In this document: piece by piece, positions 42,196 to 57,059 of the stretch | How positions within the stretch are numbered: the first letter of the stretch is position 1 | How the letters are laid out: the number at the start of each line of letters is the position of its first letter | Assembly: GCF_964355755.1 (NCBI RefSeq) | Contig: NC_092675.1 | Span: forward strand, 13,674,912-13,738,911 | Length of the DNA stretch: 64,000 bases | Reading direction: 5' to 3' | Source of the DNA: Antedon mediterranea | Lineage: Eukaryota > Animalia > Echinodermata | The notes under the pieces: generated by a model | The model's database searches: none | Seen by the model: the letters and a program-made list of their open reading frames with translations, nothing else | What the model was told of the DNA's origin: nothing | Program-made: the position numbers and the translations under genes

Positions 42196-45100
42196 TAACA
42201 ATTTTCACACAAAAACATCAAAGAGCACAAAATAGCTTAATATCGTATTTAAAAATGTTTTAGACCATTTTGAGCATTTAGATAAAACTTTTTCACACAA
42301 AACACCAAAGTGCTTAGAATAGCTTCAAATCGCATTTGGAGACGTTTTAGACCATTTTGTGATTTTTGAAAAAACTTGTTAACATAAAAACACCAAAGTG
42401 CTTAGAATAGCTTCAAATCACATTTGGAGACGTTTTAGACCATTTTGTGATTTTCGAAAAAACTTGTTAACATAAAAACACGAAAGTGCTTAGAATAGCT
42501 TCAAATCGCATTTGGAAACGTTTTAGACCATTTTGTGATTTTCGAAAAAACTTGTTAACATAAAAACACGAAAGTGCTTAGAATAGCTTCAAATCGCATT
42601 TGGAAACGTTTTAGACCATTTTGTGATTTTCGAAAAAAATTGTTAACATAAAAACACCAAAGTGTTTAGAATAGCTTCAAATCGCATTTGGAGACGTTTT
42701 AGACCAATTTGTGATTTTCGAAAAAACTTATCAACATAAAAACACCAAAGGGTTTAGAATAGCTTCAAATCGCATTTGGAGACGTTTTAGACCATTTTGT
42801 GATTTTCGAAAAAACTTGTTAACATAAAAACACGAAAGTGCTTAGAATAGCTTCAAATCGCATTTGGAAACGTTTTAGACCATTTTGTGATTTTCGAAAA
42901 AACTTGTTAACATAAAAACATGAAAGTGCTTAGAATAGCTTCAAATCGTATTTGGAGACGTTTTAGACCATTTTGTGATTTTCGAAAAAACTTGTTAACA
43001 TAAAAACACCAAAGTGCTTAGAATAGCTTCAAATCGCATTTGGAGACGTTTTAGACCATTTTGTGCATTTCGATGAAACTTGGTTACACAAAAACATCAA
43101 AGTGCTTAAAATCACATTATAAACCATTTTAGACCATTTTGAGCATTTCGATAACACTTTTCACACAAAAACATCAAAGAGCACAAAATAGCTTAATATC
43201 GTATTTAAAAACGTTTTAGACCATTTTGAGCATTTCGACAAAACTTTTTCACACAAAACACCAAAGTGCTTAGAATAGCTTCAAATCGCATTTGGAAACG
43301 TTTTAGACCATTTTGTGATTTTCGAAAAAAATTGTTAACATAAAAACACCAAAGTGCTTAGAATCACATTATAAACCGTTTTAGACCATTTTGAGCATTT
43401 CGATAACAATTTTCACACAAAAACATCAAAGAGCACAAATTAGCTTAATATCGTATTTAAAAATGTTTTAGACCATTTTGAGCATTTGGATAAAACTTTT
43501 TCACACAAAACACCAAAGTGCTTAGAATAGCTTCAAATCGCATTTGGAGACGTTTTAGACCATTTTGTGATTTTTGAAAAAAATTGTTAACATAAAAACA
43601 CCAAAGTGCTTAGAATAGCTTCAAATCACATTTGGAGACGTTTTAGACCATTTTGTGATATTCGAAAAAACTTGTTAACATAAAAACACGAAAGTGCTTA
43701 GAATAGCTTCAAATCGCATTTGGAAACGTTTTAGACCATTTTGTGATTTTCGAAAAAACTTGTTAACATAAAAACACCAAAGTGCTTAGAATAGCTTCAA
43801 ATCGCATTTGGAAACGTTTTAGACCATTTTGTTATTTTCGAAAAAAATTGTTAACATAAAAACACCAAAGTGCTTAGAATCACATTATAAACCGTTTTAG
43901 ACCATTTTGAGCATTTCGATAACAATTTTCACACAAAAACATCAAAGAGCACAAAATAGCTTAATATCGTATTTAAAAATGTTTTAGACCATTTTGAGCA
44001 TTTAGATAAAACTTTTTCACACAAAACACAAAAGTGCTTAGAATAGCTTCAAATCGCATTTGGAGACGTTTTAGACCATTTTGTGATTTTTGAAAAAACT
44101 TGTTAACATAAAAACACCAAAGTGCTTAGAATAGCTTCAAATCACATTTGGAGACGTTTTAGACCATTTTGTGATTTTCGAAAATACTTGTTAACATAAA
44201 AACACGAAAGTGCTTAGAATAGCTTCAAATCGCATTTGGAAACGTTTTAGACCATTTTGTGATTTTCGAAAAAACTTGTTAACATAAAAACACGAAAGTG
44301 CTTAGAATAGCTTCAAATCGCATTTGGAAACGTTTTAGACCATTTTGTGATTTTCGAAAAAAATTGTTAACATAAAAACACCAAAGTGTTTAGAATAGCT
44401 TCAAATCGCATTTGGAGACGTTTTAGACCAATTTGTGATTTTCGAAAAAAGTTATCAACATAAAAACACCAAAGGGTTTAGAATAGCTTCAAATCGCATT
44501 TGGAGACGTTTTAGACCATTTTGTGATTTTCGAAAAAACTTGTTAACATAAAAACACGAAAGTGCTTAGAATAGCTTCAAATCGCATTTGGAAACGTTTT
44601 AGACCATTTTGTGATTTTCGAAAAAACTTGTTAACATAAAAACATGAAAGTGCTTAGAATAGCTTCAAATCGTATTTGGAGACGTTTTAGACCATTTTGT
44701 GATTTTCGAAAAAACTTGTTAACATAAAAACACCAAAGTGCTTAGAATAGCTTCAAATCGCATTTGGAGACGTTTTAGACCATGTTGTGCATTTCGATGA
44801 AACTTGGTTACACAAAAACATCAAAGTGCTTAAAATCACATTATAAACCATTTTAGACCATTTTGAGCATTTCGATAACACTTTTCACACAAAAACATCA
44901 AAGAGCACAAAATAGCTTAATATCGTATTTAAAAACGTTTTAGACCATTTTGAGCATTTCGACAAAACTTTTTCACACAAAACACCAAAGTGCTTAGAAT
45001 AGCTTCAAATCGCATTTGGAGACGTTTTAGACCATTTTGTGATTTTCGAAAAAACTTGTTAACATAAAAACATCAAAGTGTACAGAATAACTTCAAATCG

Positions 45101-45825
45101 CATTTGGAGACCGTTTTAGGCCAATTTGTGATTTTCGAAAAAACTTGTTAACCTAAAAATACCAAAGTGTTTAGAATAGCTTCAAATCGCATTTGGAGAC
45201 GTTTTAGACCATTTTGTGATTTTCGAAAAAACTTGTTAACATAAAAACACCAAAGTGCTTCAAATCGCATTTGGAGACATTTTAGACCAATTTGTGATTT
45301 TTGAAAAAACTTGTTAACATAAAAACACCAAAGTGCTTACAATAGCTTCAAATCGCATTTGGAGACGTTTTAGACCATTTTATGCATTTCGATGAAACTT
45401 GGTTACACAAAAACATTAAAGTGCTTAAAATCACATTATAATCCGTTTTAGACCATTTTGAGCATTTCGATAACACTTTTCACACAAAAACATCAAAGAG
45501 CACAAAATAGCTTAATATCGTATTTAAAAACGTTTTATACCATTTTGAGCATTTCGACAAAACTTTTTCACACAAAACACCAAAGTGCTTAGAATAGCTT
45601 CAAATCGCATTTGGAGACGTTTTAGACCATTTTGTGATTTTCGAAAAAACTTGTCAACATAAAAACACCAAAGTGTTTAGAATAGCTTCAAATCGCATTT
45701 GGAGACGTGTTAGACCAATTTGTGATTTTCGAAAAAACTTATCAACATAAAAACACCAAAGGGTTTAGAATATCTTCAAATCGCATTTGGAGACGTTTTA
45801 GACCATTTTGTGATTTTCGAAAAAA
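40234..45825 (+). repeat. Near-identical dispersed copy of window positions 1-~5590 (offset 40,233)
   Basis: AAACTTTTTTACAC 1/40234 and GTAC 4847/45080. CACAAATTAGC, GAAAATACTT, AAAAGTTATC, CCATGTTGTG and GCTTACAAT variants are shared in the same order. Confidence 0.88.
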
Positions 45826-48800
45826 CTTGTTAACATAAAAACACCAAAGTGCTTAGAATAGCTTCAAATCGCATTTGGAGACGTTTTAGACCATTTTGTG
45901 ATTTTCAAAAAAAATTGTTAACATAAAAACACCAAAGTGCATAGAATCACATTATAAACCGTTTTAGACCATTTAGAGCATTTCGATAACAATTTTCACA
46001 CAAAAACATCAATGAGCACAAAATAGCTTAATATCGTATTTAAAAATGTTTTAGACCATTTTGAGCATTTAGACAAAACTTTTTCACACAAAACACCAAA
46101 GTGCTTAGAATAGCTTCAAATCGCATTTGGAGACGTTTTAGACAATTTTGTGATTTTCGAAAAAAATTGTTAACATAAAAACACCAAAGTGCTTAGAATA
46201 GCTTCAAATCGCATTTGGAGACGTTTTAGACCATTTTGTGATTTTCGAAAAAACTTGGTTACACAAAAACATCAAAGTGCTTAAAATCACATTATAAACC
46301 GTTTTAGACCATTTTGAGCATTTCGATAACACTTTTCACACAAAAACATCATAGAGCACGAAAAAGCTTAATATCGTATTTAAAAACGTTTTAGACCATT
46401 TTGAGCATTTCGACAAAACTTGTTAACATAAAAACACCAAAGTGCTTAGAATGGCTTCAAATCGCATTTAGAAACGTTTTAGACCATTTTGTGATTTTCG
46501 AAAAAAATTGTTAACATAAAAACACCAAAGTGCTTAGAATCACATTATAAACCGTTTTAGACCATTTTGAGCATTTCGATAACAATTTTCACACAAAAAC
46601 ATCAAAGAGCACAAAATAGCTTAATATCGTATTTAAAAATGTTTTAGACCATTTTGAGCATTTAGATAAAACTTTTTCACACAAAACACCAAAGTGCTTA
46701 AAATAGCTTCAAATCGCATTTGGAGACGTTTTAGACCATTTTGTGATTTTTGAAAAAACTTGTTAACATAAAAACACCAAAGTGCTTAGAATAGCTTCAA
46801 ATCACATTTGGAGACGTTTTAGACCATTTTGTGATTTTCGAAAAAACTTGTTAACATAAAAACACGAAAGTGCTTAGAATAGCTTCAAATCGCATTTGGA
46901 AACGTTTTAGACCATTTTGTGATTTTCGAAAAAACTTGTTAACATAAAAACACCAAAGTGTTTAGAATAGCTTCAAATCGCATTTGGAGACGTGTTAGAC
47001 CAATTTGTGATTTTCGAAAAAACTTATCAACATAAAAACACCAAAGGGTTTAGAATATCTTCAAATCGCATTTGGAGACGTTTTAGACCATTTTGTGATT
47101 TTCGAAAAAACTTGTTAACATAAAAACACCAAAGTGCTTAGAATAGCTTCAAATCGCATTTGGAGACGTTTTAGACCATTTTGTGATTTTCAAAAAAAAT
47201 TGTTAACATAAAAACACCAAAGTGCATAGAATCACATTATAAACCGTTTTAGACCATTTAGAGCATTTCGATAACAATTTTCACACAAAAACATCAATGA
47301 GCACAAAATAGCTTAATATCGTATTTAAAAATGTTTTAGACCATTTTGAGCATTTAGACAAAACTTTTTCACACAAAACACCAAAGTGCTTAGAATAGCT
47401 TCAAATCGCATTTGGAGACGTTTTAGACAATTTTGTGATTTTCGAAAAAAATTGTTAACATAAAAACACCAAAGTGCTTAGAATAGCTTCAAATCGCATT
47501 TGGAGACGTTTTAGACCATTTTGTGATTTTCGAAAAAACTTGGTTACACAAAAACATCAAAGTGCTTAAAATCACATTATAAACCGTTTTAGACCATTTT
47601 GAGCATTTCGATAACACTTTTCACACAAAAACATCATAGAGCACAAAAAAGCTTAATATCGTATTTAAAAACGTTTTAGACCATTTTGAGCATTTCGACA
47701 AAACTTGTTAACATAAAAACACCAAAGTGCTTAGAATGGCTTCAAATCGCATTTAGAAACGTTTTAGACCATTTTGTGATTTTCGAAAAAAATTGTTAAC
47801 ATAAAAACACCAAAGTGCTTAGAATCACATTATAAACCGTTTTAGACCATTTTGAGCATTTCGATAACAATTTTCACACAAAAACATCAAAGAGCACAAA
47901 ATAGCTTAATATCGTATTTAAAAATGTTTTAGACCATTTTGAGCATTTAGATAAAACTTTTTCACACAAAACACCAAAGTGCTTAAAATAGCTTCAAATC
48001 GCATTTGGAGACGTTTTAGACCATTTTGTGATTTTTGAAAAAACTTGTTAACATAAAAACACCAAAGTGCTTAGAATAGCTTCAAATCACATTTGGAGAC
48101 GTTTTAGACCATTTTGTGATTTTCGAAAAAACTTGTTAACATAAAAACACGAAAGTGCTTAGAATAGCTTCAAATCGCATTTGGAAACGTTTTAGACCAT
48201 TTTGTGATTTTCGAAAAAACTTGTTAACATAAAAACACGAAAGTGCTTAGAATAGCTTCAAATCGCATTTGGAAACGTTTTAGACCATTTTGTGATTTTC
48301 GAAAAAACTTGTTAACATAAAAACACGAAAGTGCTTAGAATAGCTTCAAATCGCATTTGGAAACGTTTTAGACCATTTTGTGATTTTCGAAAAAAATTGT
48401 TAACATAAAAACACCAAAGTGTTTAGAATAGCTTCAAATCGCATTTGGAGACGTTTTAGACCAATTTGTGATTTTCGAAAAAACTTATCAACATAAAAAC
48501 ACCAAAGGGTTTAGAATAGCTTCAAATCGCATTTGGAGACGTTTTAGACCATTTTGTGATTTTGAAAAAACTTGTTAACATAAAAACACCAAAGTGCTTA
48601 GAATAGCTTCAAATCGCATTTGGAGACGTTTTAGACCATTTTGTGATTTTCGAAAAAACTTGTTAACATAAAAACACCAAAGTGCTTAGAATAGTTTCAA
48701 ATCGTATTTGGAGACGTTTTAGACCATTTTGAGATTTTCGAAAAAACTTGGTTACACAAAAACATCAAAGTGCTTAAAATCACATTATAAACCGTTTTAG

Positions 48801-51800
48801 ACCATTTTGAGCATTTCGGTAACACTTTTCACACAAAAACATCAAAGAGCACAAAATAGCTTAATATCGTTTTTAAAAACGTTTTAGACCATTTTGAGCA
48901 TTTAGACAAAACTTTTTCACACAAAACACCAAAGTGCTTAGAATAGCTTCAAATCGCATTTGGAGACGTTTTAGACCATTTTGTGCATTTCGATGAAACT
49001 TGGTTACACAAAAACATCAAAGTGCTTAAAATCACATTATAAATCGTTTTAGACCATTTTGTGATTTTTGAAAAAACTTGTTAACATAAAAACACCAAAG
49101 TGCTTAGAATAGCTTCAAATCACATTTGGAGACGTTTTAGACCATTTAGTGATTTTCGAAAAAACTTGTTAACATAAAAACACGAAAGTGCTTAGAATAG
49201 CTTCAAATCGCATTTGGAAAGGTTTTAGACCATTTTGTGATTTTCGAAAAAAATTGTTAACATAAAAACACCAAAGTGTTTAGAATAGCTTCAAATCGCA
49301 TTTGGAGACGTTTTAGACCAATTTGTGATTTTCGAAAAAACTTATCAACATAAAAACACCAAAGGGTTTAGAATAGCTTCAAATCGCATTTGGAGACGTT
49401 TTAGACCATTTTGTGATTTTCGAAAAAACTTGTTAACATAAAAACACGAAAGTGCTTAGAATAGCTTCAAATCGCATTTGGAAACGTTTTAGACCATTTT
49501 GTGATTTTCGAAAAAACTTGTTAACATAAAAACATGAAAGTGCTTAGAATAGCTTCAAATCGTATTTGGAGACGTTTTAGACCATTTTGTGATTTTCGAA
49601 AAAACTTGTTAACATAAAAACACAAATGTGCTTAGAATAGCTTCAAATCGCATTTGGAGACGTTTTAGACCATTTTGTGCATTTCGATGAAACTTGGTTA
49701 CACAAAAACATCAAAGTGCTTAAAATCACATTATAAACCATTTTAGACCATTTTGAGCATTTCGATAACACTTTTCACACAAAAACATCAAAGAGCACAA
49801 AATAGCTTAATATCGTATTTAAAAACGTTTTAGACCATTTTGAGCATTTCGACAAAACTTTTTCACACAAAACACCAAAGTGCTTAGAATAGCTTCAAAT
49901 CGCATTTGGAGACGTTTTAGACCATTTTGTGATTTTCGAAAAAACTTGTTAACATAAAAACATCAAAGTGTACAGAATAACTTCAAATCGCATTTGGAGA
50001 CCGTTTTAGGCCAATTTGTGATTTTCGAAAAAACTTGTTAACCTAAAAATACCAAAGTGTTTAGAATAGCTTCAAATCGCATTTGGAGACGTTTTAGACC
50101 ATTTTGTGATTTTCGAAAAAACTTGTTAACATAAAAACACCAAAGTGCTTCAAATCGCATTTGGAGACATTTTAGACCAATTTGTGATTTTTGAAAAAAC
50201 TTGTTAACATAAAAACACCAAAGTGCTTACAATAGCTTCAAATCGCATTTGGAGACGTTTTAGACCATTTTATGCATTTCGATGAAACTTGGTTACACAA
50301 AAACATCAAAGTGCTTAAAATCACATTATAATCCGTTTTAGACCATTTTGAGCATTTCGATAACACTTTTCACACAAAAACATCAAAGAGCACAAAATAG
50401 CTTAATATCGTATTTAAAAACGTTTTATACCATTTTGAGCATTTCGACAAAACTTTTTCACACAAAACACCAAAGTGCTTAGAATAGCTTCAAATCGCAT
50501 TTGGAGACGTTTTAGACCATTTTGTGATTTTCGAAAAAACTTGTCAACATAAAAACACCAAAGTGTTTAGAATAGCTTCAAATCGCATTTGGAGACGTGT
50601 TAGACCAATTTGTGATTTTCGAAAAAACTTATCAACATAAAAACACCAAAGGGTTTAGAATATCTTCAAATCGCATTTGGAGACGTTTTAGACCATTTTG
50701 TGATTTTCGAAAAAACTTGTTAACATAAAAACACCAAAGTGCTTAGAATAGCTTCAAATCGCATTTGGAGACGTTTTAGACCATTTTGTGATTTTCAAAA
50801 AAAATTGTTAACATAAAAACACCAAAGTGCATAGAATCACATTATAAACCGTTTTAGACCATTTAGAGCATTTCGATAACAATTTTCACACAAAAACATC
50901 AATGAGCACAAAATAGCTTAATATCGTATTTAAAAATGTTTTAGACCATTTTGAGCATTTAGACAAAACTTTTTCACACAAAACACCAAAGTGCTTAGAA
51001 TAGCTTCAAATCGCATTTGGAGACGTTTTAGACAATTTTGTGATTTTCGAAAAAAATTGTTAACATAAAAACACCAAAGTGCTTAGAATAGCTTCAAATC
51101 GCATTTGGAGACGTTTTAGACCATTTTGTGATTTTCGAAAAAACTTGGTTACACAAAAACATCAAAGTGCTTAAAATCACATTATAAACCGTTTTAGACC
51201 ATTTTGAGCATTTCGATAACACTTTTCACACAAAAACATCATAGAGCACAAAAAAGCTTAATATCGTATTTAAAAACGTTTTAGACCATTTTGAGCATTT
51301 CGACAAAACTTGTTAACATAAAAACACCAAAGTGCTTAGAATGGCTTCAAATCGCATTTAGAAACGTTTTAGACCATTTTGTGATTTTCGAAAAAAATTG
51401 TTAACATAAAAACACCAAAGTGCTTAGAATCACATTATAAACCGTTTTAGACCATTTTGAGCATTTCGATAACAATTTTCACACAAAAACATCAAAGAGC
51501 ACAAAATAGCTTAATATCGTATTTAAAAATGTTTTAGACCATTTTGAGCATTTAGATAAAACTTTTTCACACAAAACACCAAAGTGCTTAAAATAGCTTC
51601 AAATCGCATTTGGAGACGTTTTAGACCATTTTGTGATTTTTGAAAAAACTTGTTAACATAAAAACACCAAAGTGCTTAGAATAGCTTCAAATCACATTTG
51701 GAGACGTTTTAGACCATTTTGTGATTTTCGAAAAAACTTGTTAACATAAAAACACGAAAGTGCTTAGAATAGCTTCAAATCGCATTTGGAAACGTTTTAG

Positions 51801-53850
51801 ACCATTTTGTGATTTTCGAAAAAACTTGTTAACATAAAAACACGAAAGTGCTTAGAATAGCTTCAAATCGCATTTGGAAACGTTTTAGACCATTTTGTGA
51901 TTTTCGAAAAAACTTGTTAACATAAAAACACGAAAGTGCTTAGAATAGCTTCAAATCGCATTTGGAAACGTTTTAGACCATTTTGTGATTTTCGAAAAAA
52001 ATTGTTAACATAAAAACACCAAAGTGTTTAGAATAGCTTCAAATCGCATTTGGAGACGTTTTTGACCAATTTGTGATTTTCGAAAAAACTTATCAACATA
52101 AAAACACCAAAGGGTTTAGAATAGCTTCAAATCGCATTTGGAGACGTTTTAGACCATTTTGTGATTTTGAAAAAACTTGTTAACATAAAAACACCAAAGT
52201 GCTTAGAATAGCTTCAAATCGCATTTGGAGACGTTTTAGACCATTTTGTGATTTTCGAAAAAACTTGTTAACATAAAAACACCAAAGTGCTTAGAATAGC
52301 TTCAAATCGTATTTGGAGACGTTTTAGACCATTTTGAGATTTTCGAAAAAACTTGGTTACACAAAAACATCAAAGTGCTTAAAATCACATTATAAACCGT
52401 TTTAGACCATTTTGAGCATTTCGGTAACACTTTTCACACAAAAACATCAAAGAGCACAAAATAGCTTAATATCGTATTTAAAAACGTTTTAGACCATTTT
52501 GAGCATTTAGACAAAACTTTTTCACACAAAACACCAAAGTGCTTAGAATAGCTTCAAATCGCATTTGGAGACGTTTTAGACCATTTTGTGCATTTCGATG
52601 AAACTTGGTTACACAAAAACATCAAAGTGCTTAAAATCACATTATAAATCGTTTTAGACCATTTTGTGATTTTTGAAAAAACTTGTTAACATAAAAACAC
52701 CAAAGTGCTTAGAATAGCTTCAAATCACATTTGGAGACGTTTTAGACCATTTAGTGATTTTCGAAAAAACTTGTTAACATAAAAACACGAAAGTGCTTAG
52801 AATAGCTTCAAATCGCATTTGGAAAGGTTTTAGACCATTTTGTGATTTTCGAAAAAAATTGTTAACATAAAAACACCAAAGTGTTTAGAATAGCTTCAAA
52901 TCGCATTTGGAGACGTTTTAGACCAATTTGTGATTTTCGAAAAAACTTATCAACATAAAAACACCAAAGGGTTTAGAATAGCTTCAAATCGCATTTGGAG
53001 ACGTTTTAGACCATTTTGTGATTTTCGAAAAAACTTGTTAACATAAAAACACGAAAGTGCTTAGAATAGCTTCAAATCGTATTTGGAAACGTTTTAGACC
53101 ATTTTGTGATTTTCGAAAAAACTTGTTAACATAAAAACATGAAAGTGCTTAGAATAGCTTCAAATCGTATTTGGAGACGTTTTAGACCATTTTGTGATTT
53201 TCGAAAAAACTTGTTAACATAAAAACACAAATGTGCTTAGAATAGCTTCAAATCGCATTTGGAGACGTTTTAGACCATTTTGTGCATTTCGATGAAACTT
53301 GGTTACACAAAAACATCAAAGTGCTTAAAATCACATTATAAACCATTTTAGACCATTTTGAGCATTTCGATAACACTTTTCACACAAAAACATCAAAGAG
53401 CACAAAATAGCTTAATATCGTATTTAAAAACGTTTTAGACCATTTTGAGCATTTCGACAAAACTTTTTCACACAAAACACCAAAGTGCTTAGAATAGCTT
53501 CAAATCGCATTTGGAGACGTTTTAGACCATTTTGTGATTTTCGAAAAAACTTGTTAACATAAAAACATCAAAGTGTACAGAATAACTTCAAATCGCATTT
53601 GGAGACCGTTTTAGGCCAATTTGTGATTTTCGAAAAAACTTGTTAACCTAAAAATACCAAAGTGTTTAGAATAGCTTCAAATCGCATTTGGAGACGTTTT
53701 AGACCATTTTGTGATTTTCGAAAAAACTTGTTAACATAAAAACACCAAAGTGCTTCAAATCGCATTTGGAGACATTTTAGACCAATTTGTGATTTTTGAA
53801 AAAACTTGTTAACATAAAAACACCAAAGTGCTTACAATAGCTTCAAATCG
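44790..53850 (+). repeat. 3605-bp higher-order repeat (a little over two copies; the first is expanded by the 1285-bp duplication)
   Basis: Offset 3605: GTGCATAGA 47222/50827, CGGT 48817/52422, GTAC 49970/53575. Offset 4890 (3605+1285): GTAC 45080/49970. Confidence 0.83.
45650..48220 (+). repeat. Tandem duplication, 2 x 1285 bp
   Basis: GTGCATAGA 45937/47222. CATCAATGAG, CATCATAGAG and AGAATGGC variants occur in both copies. Confidence 0.85.
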
Positions 53851-56800
53851 TATTTGGAGACGTTTTAGACCATTTTGTGATTTTCGAAAAAACTTGTTAA
53901 CATAAAAACACCAAAGTACTTAGAATAGCTTCAAATCGCATTTGGAGACGTTTTAGACCATTTTATGCATTTCGATGAAACTTGGTTACACAAAAACATC
54001 AAAGTGCTTAAAATCACATTATAATCCGTTTTAGACCATTTTGAGGATTTCGATAACACTTTTCACACAAAAACATCAAAGAGCACAAAATAGCTTAATA
54101 TCGTATTTAAAAACTTTTTAGACCATTTTGAGCATTTCGACAAAACTTTTTCACACAAAACACCAAAGTGCTTAGAATAGCTTCAAATCGCATTTGGAGA
54201 CGTTTTAGACCATTTTGTGATTTTCGAAAAAAATTGTTAACATAAAAACATCAAAGTGTACAGAATAGCTTCAAATCGCATTTGGAGACCGTTTTAGGCC
54301 AATTTGTGATTTTCGAAAAAACTTGTTAACCTAAAAATACCAAAGTGTTTAGAATAGCTTCAAATCGCATTTGGAGACGTTTTAGACCATTTTGTGATTT
54401 TCGAAAAAACTTGTTAACATAAAAACACCAAAGTGCTTAGAATAGCTTCAAATCGCATTTGGAGACATTTTAGACCAATTTGTGATTTTCGAAAAAACTT
54501 ATCAACATAAAAACACCAAAGGGTTTAGAATATCTTCAAATCGCATTTGGAGACGTTTTAGACCATTTTGTGATTTTCGAAAAAACTTGTTAACATAAAA
54601 ACACCAAAGTGCTTAGAATAGCTTCAAATCGCATTTGGAGACGTTTTAGACCAATTTGTGATTTTCGAAAAAACTTATCAACATAAAAACACCAAAGGGT
54701 TTAGAATAGCTTCAAATCGCATTTGGAGACGTTTTAGACCATTTTGTGATTTTGAAAAAACTTGTTAACATAAAAACACCAAAGTGCTTAGAATAGCTTC
54801 AAATCGCATTTGGAGACGTTTTAGACCATTTTGTGATTTTCGAAAAAACTTGTTAACATAAAAACACCAAAGTGCTTAGAATAGCTTCAAATCGTATTTG
54901 GAGACTTTTTAGACCATTTTGAGATTTTCGAAAAAACTTGGTTACACAAAAACATCAAAGTGCTTAAAATCACATTATAAACCGTTTTAGACCATTTTGA
55001 GCATTTCGATAACACTTTTCACACAAAAACATCAAAGAGCACAAAATAGCTTAATATCGTATTTAAAAACGTTTTAGACCATTTTGAGCATTTCGACAAA
55101 ACTTTTTCACACAAAACACCAAAGTGCTTAGAATAGCTTCAAATCGCATTTGGAGACGTTTTAGACCAATTTGTGATTTTTGAAAAAACTTGTTAACATA
55201 AAAACACCAAAGTGCTTAGAATAGCTTCAAATCACATTTGGAGACGTTTTAGACCATTTTGTGATTTTCGAAAAAACTTGTTAACATAAAAACACGAAAG
55301 TGCTTAGAATAGCTTCAAATCGCCTTTGGAAACGTTTTAGACCATTTTGTGATTTTCGAAAAAACTTGTTAACATAAAAACACGAAAGTGCTTAGAATCA
55401 CATTATAAACCGTTTTAGACCATTTTGAGCATTTCGATAACAATTTTCACACAAAAACATCAAAGAGCACAAAATAGCTTAATATCGTATTTAAAAATGT
55501 TTTAGACCATTTTGAGCATTTAGATAAAACTTTTTCACACAAAACACCAAAGTGCTTAGAATAGCTTCAAATCGCATTTGGAGACGTTTTAGACCATTTT
55601 GTGATTTTTGAAAAAACTTGTTAACATAAAAACACCAAAGTGCTTAGAATAGCTTCAAATCACATTTGGAGATGTTTTAGACCATTTTGTGATTTTTGAA
55701 AAAACTTGTTAACATAAAAACACGAAAGTGCTTAGAATAGCTTCAAATCGCATTTGGAAACGTTTTAGACCATTTTGTGATTTTCGAAAAAGATTGTTAA
55801 CATAAAAACACCAATGTGCTTAGAATCACATTATAAACCGTTTTAGACCATTTTGAGCATTTCGATAACAATTTTCACACAAAAACATCAAAGAGCACAA
55901 AATAGCTTAATATCGTATTTATAAATGTTTTAGACCATTTTGAGCATTTCGACAAAACTTTTTCACACAAAACACCAAAGTTCTTAGAATAGCTTCAAAT
56001 CGCATTTGGAGACGTTTTTTATACCATTTTGTGATTTCGATGAAACTTGATTACACAAAAACATCAAAGTGCTTAAAATCACATTATAAACCGTTTTAGA
56101 CCATTTTGAGCATTTCGATAACACTTTTCACACAAAAACATCAAAGAGCACAAAATAGCTTAATATCGTATTTAAAAACGTTTTAGACCATTTTGAGCAT
56201 TTAGACAAAACTTTTTCACACAAAACACCAAAGTGCTTAGAATAGCTTCAAATCGCATTTGGAGACGTTTTAGAACATTTTGTGTTTTTCGAAAAAAACT
56301 GTTAACATAAAAACACCAAAGTGCTTAGAATAGCTTCAAATCGCATTTGGAGACGTTTTAGAACATTTTGTGTTCTTCGAAAAAACCTGTTAACATAAAA
56401 ACACCAAAGTGCTTAGAATAGCTTCAAATCGCATTTGGAGACGTTTTAGACCATTTTGTGATTTTTGAAAAAACTTGTTAACATAAAAACACCAAAGTGC
56501 TTAGAATAGCTTCAAATCACATTTGGAGACGTTTTAGACCATTTTGTGATTTTCGAAAAAAATTGTTAACATAAAAACACGAAAGTGCTTAGAATAGCTT
56601 CAAATCGCATTTGGAAACGTTTTAGACCATTTTGTGATTTTCGAAAAAGATTGTTAACATAAAAACACCAAAGTGCTTAGAAAAGCTTCAAATCGCATTT
56701 GGAGACGTTTTAGACCATTTTGTGCATTTCGATGAAACTTGGTTACACAAAAACATCAAAGTGCTTAAAATCACATTATAAACCATTTTAGACCATTTTG

Positions 56801-57059
56801 AGCATTTCGATAACACTTTTCACACAAAAACATCAAAGAGCACAAAATAGCTTAATATCTTATTTAAAAACGTTTTAGACCATTTTGAGCATTTCGACAA
56901 AACTTTTTCACACAAAACACCAAAGTGCTTAGAATAGCTTCAAATCGCATTTGGAGACGTTTTAGACCATTTTGTGATTTTCGAAAAAACTTGTTAACAT
57001 AAAAACATCAAAGTGTACAGAATAACTTCAAATCGCATTTGGAGACCGTTTTAGGCCAA

